Shown here: positions 62,076 to 64,000 of the stretch, in pieces
Numbering within the stretch: position 1 is the stretch's first letter
Layout: every line of letters begins with the position of its first letter
Source of the DNA: Felis catus
Lineage: Eukaryota
DNA length: 64,000 bases
NCBI RefSeq assembly: GCF_018350175.1
Contig: NC_058368.1
Coordinates: forward strand, 138,572,001 to 138,636,000
Direction of reading: 5' to 3'
The notes under the pieces: generated by a model
What the model saw: the letters and a program-made list of their open reading frames with translations, nothing else
What the model was told of the DNA's origin: nothing
The model's database searches: none
Made by a program: the position numbers and the translations under genes

Positions 62076-64000
62076 GTTTTAATGTGTCGCTGCTATAATT
62101 ATGCCAGTAAAGTTACCTATTCATATAGCTCTGGTGAATAGGCTGACAAAAACCCAGACGCAGCCTGGCTGATGGTGGTGGTGGCATTGTGGATGGCCTG
62201 TCTTGCCTTTCGCTCAGACTTCCGTTAAATGTTTGTGATGTTGGCGTCATGCGCTCTTGAAAATAAGAGGAAAAGGGAAATAAGCGATGAATATTGTCTT
62301 GAAAAGCGGGGGAAGGGGTGGAAGAGAAAAACAGACAATGTGGTGTCAGAGCCAAGCCTATACCAACGTTTCCCAGAGTGCAGCCACATGAAGGGCCTTC
62401 TGCAAAGAAGAATTCATTTGCCCCGCTCCTCAGCCCCATTAGAAAGAAGAAAAACGAACTGCATCTTGGAAGGGAGCACAGGTTTTCACAGGCTTCTTCT
62501 CCAAAAGCAGAGACACTGAAGGCACTGGTTGGCAGTTACCAGGGTGAGGCTTTGCCTGGGTTTACCCCATTGAGCCTACACCATGCGAGCTTGTCCGGAA
62601 GACAAATGTCCAGCAGGCACAAAGCAAGGCCCCGGTGCCTGGGTAGATGAATGTGCCCCAGCAGCTGCAGCAGGATGGCAGGAGAAGGTTTGTAAACAGT
62701 TCCCAGAAAGCAGCGCTCGGCCTTCTCCCTGTCTGGGGCCCCTGCTCTGGGGTCACTTCCCCAGTGCTCTACCAGAAGACTTGGCCACTGGCCATCTGGC
62801 TCCTGTGATGGCAAAGCCGGCCATGCCTGGGCCCCAGCCCACACTGTGCCTTGCTAAAAGAATTATCTCATAGGGACTCAGAATTGTACTCTTGGTCAAT
62901 TAAAATGTACATTTCGACTGTGTTTGCGTTCATACACATGCAGAGTGCGTGGCCGGTCATTTCTGTGAATCTTGAGAATTGAATACATTTGTCGTATATT
63001 TAAAATTCAAGAGGTGCTTCACAGCGGGGAAACTCATCCCGGGGCAAGGTTTTCATTCTTTATCACCCTGGGGGTGAGAGTGGGACTCGGGAGGAAGTGA
63101 TTGTGCATTCAGAGGAGGAGGACAGTGTGTGGGAAGGGTCAGGGAAAGGGTCCCCCCCCCACCCCCCCGTGTGCTTCGGAGGATGAGACAAGCTTACAAA
63201 ATATCTCATCTTCCAGTCCCAGAAGGGAGGCGGCTGCGCTGCATATTTCCAGTTAAGGGAAACACATCAATGTTCAAGAAACAGCCTGGAACGATCAGGG
63301 TTATAACTCCTGGTTGCATCATACGGAAAGGAGGGAGCAGAAGGAGCCACGCAAAAGTAATTAGGCAATCGGTGACCGTGGCTCGGAACCCGGAGTCACG
63401 AGCGAGTCGCAGATAAACGCCACGTCAGTGTTTTCTGGGCCCCGCAGCATGGAACACAGCTTTGATACCTGAGAAGCCTTCAGACCTTGCCCTTCTGCAA
63501 GGATCAGCTCAAAGCTTGTAAAATACACCTGTGATTCCCGCACAGTTCTTGCGGCGTCTTGCAAGTTGCAACGGCCATTTGCATGCCTTCTTTTGAGGGA
63601 TTGGCCTCTTGGTGCTACAGGGGCTCTGCAGAGACAGTGAAAATAGTTTTACCAGTTGCTGCATCCCGGCCACTCAAGGGTGATATTAAGTCTGAGGGCA
63701 GCGAATGCTCCCTGGAGAAATGAATCTGAGAGATAAAAGTCTTTTTTAAGCCCTACAAGATTCTCCGCTTTCAAGCGTTTCGATGCTTTAGAAGCGTCTC
63801 CCTTGCCCTCCTGTCATGCCATTCATCTTTGTGCTTCAGCAGACAGATGGAATATGTGTCCTGCATGGGGATTTCCACTGGAAGTACGTCCTGCCTTTCC
63901 CAGAATGTACTGTCTCCCGTGCCCTTCGGTCAAATCGCCCCAAACCTTTGCATCTTGCAGCAGAGCATCATGGAGAAGAAAACTAGAAAAAAAACAGTAC

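Noticed and set aside
1..64000. tRNA, snRNA, rRNA genes or mitochondrial insertions
   Set aside because: None recognised; the tRNA-like A/B boxes I saw all belong to SINE heads.

Overview
Non-coding mammalian DNA, almost certainly from a felid (cat family). The assignment rests on 24 carnivore tRNA-derived SINEs (Can-SINE; many near-identical to the felid SINEC_Fc type, most with readable target-site duplications, TSDs) and a felid-type L1 3' end. The rest is the usual ancient repeat layer (L2, MIR, old L1M, MLT1/ERVL LTRs, MER5A/MER58 hAT elements), microsatellites and repeat-poor unique stretches. I found no intact protein-coding gene, RNA gene, CRISPR array or prokaryotic system, and the ORFs I could attribute are SINE/L1/low-complexity artefacts; the rest match nothing I recognise. 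The most unexpected signal is at about 58.46-58.96 kb: a colinear chain of degraded trypsin/chymotrypsin-family (peptidase S1) motifs with correct Cys spacing and no introns, a candidate ancient processed pseudogene that needs a frameshift-aware profile search to confirm. Other points of interest: two young SINEs without TSDs (possible recombination deletions), two SINE-in-SINE nests, a (GAA)24 tract grown from a SINE tail, a 315-bp pure purine tract, a 40-bp minisatellite, a dispersed 25-bp direct repeat with an adjoining 16-bp palindrome, and weak candidate minus-strand exons. Repeat subfamily names come from recalled consensus sequences, not a database run, and boundaries of old repeats are approximate.
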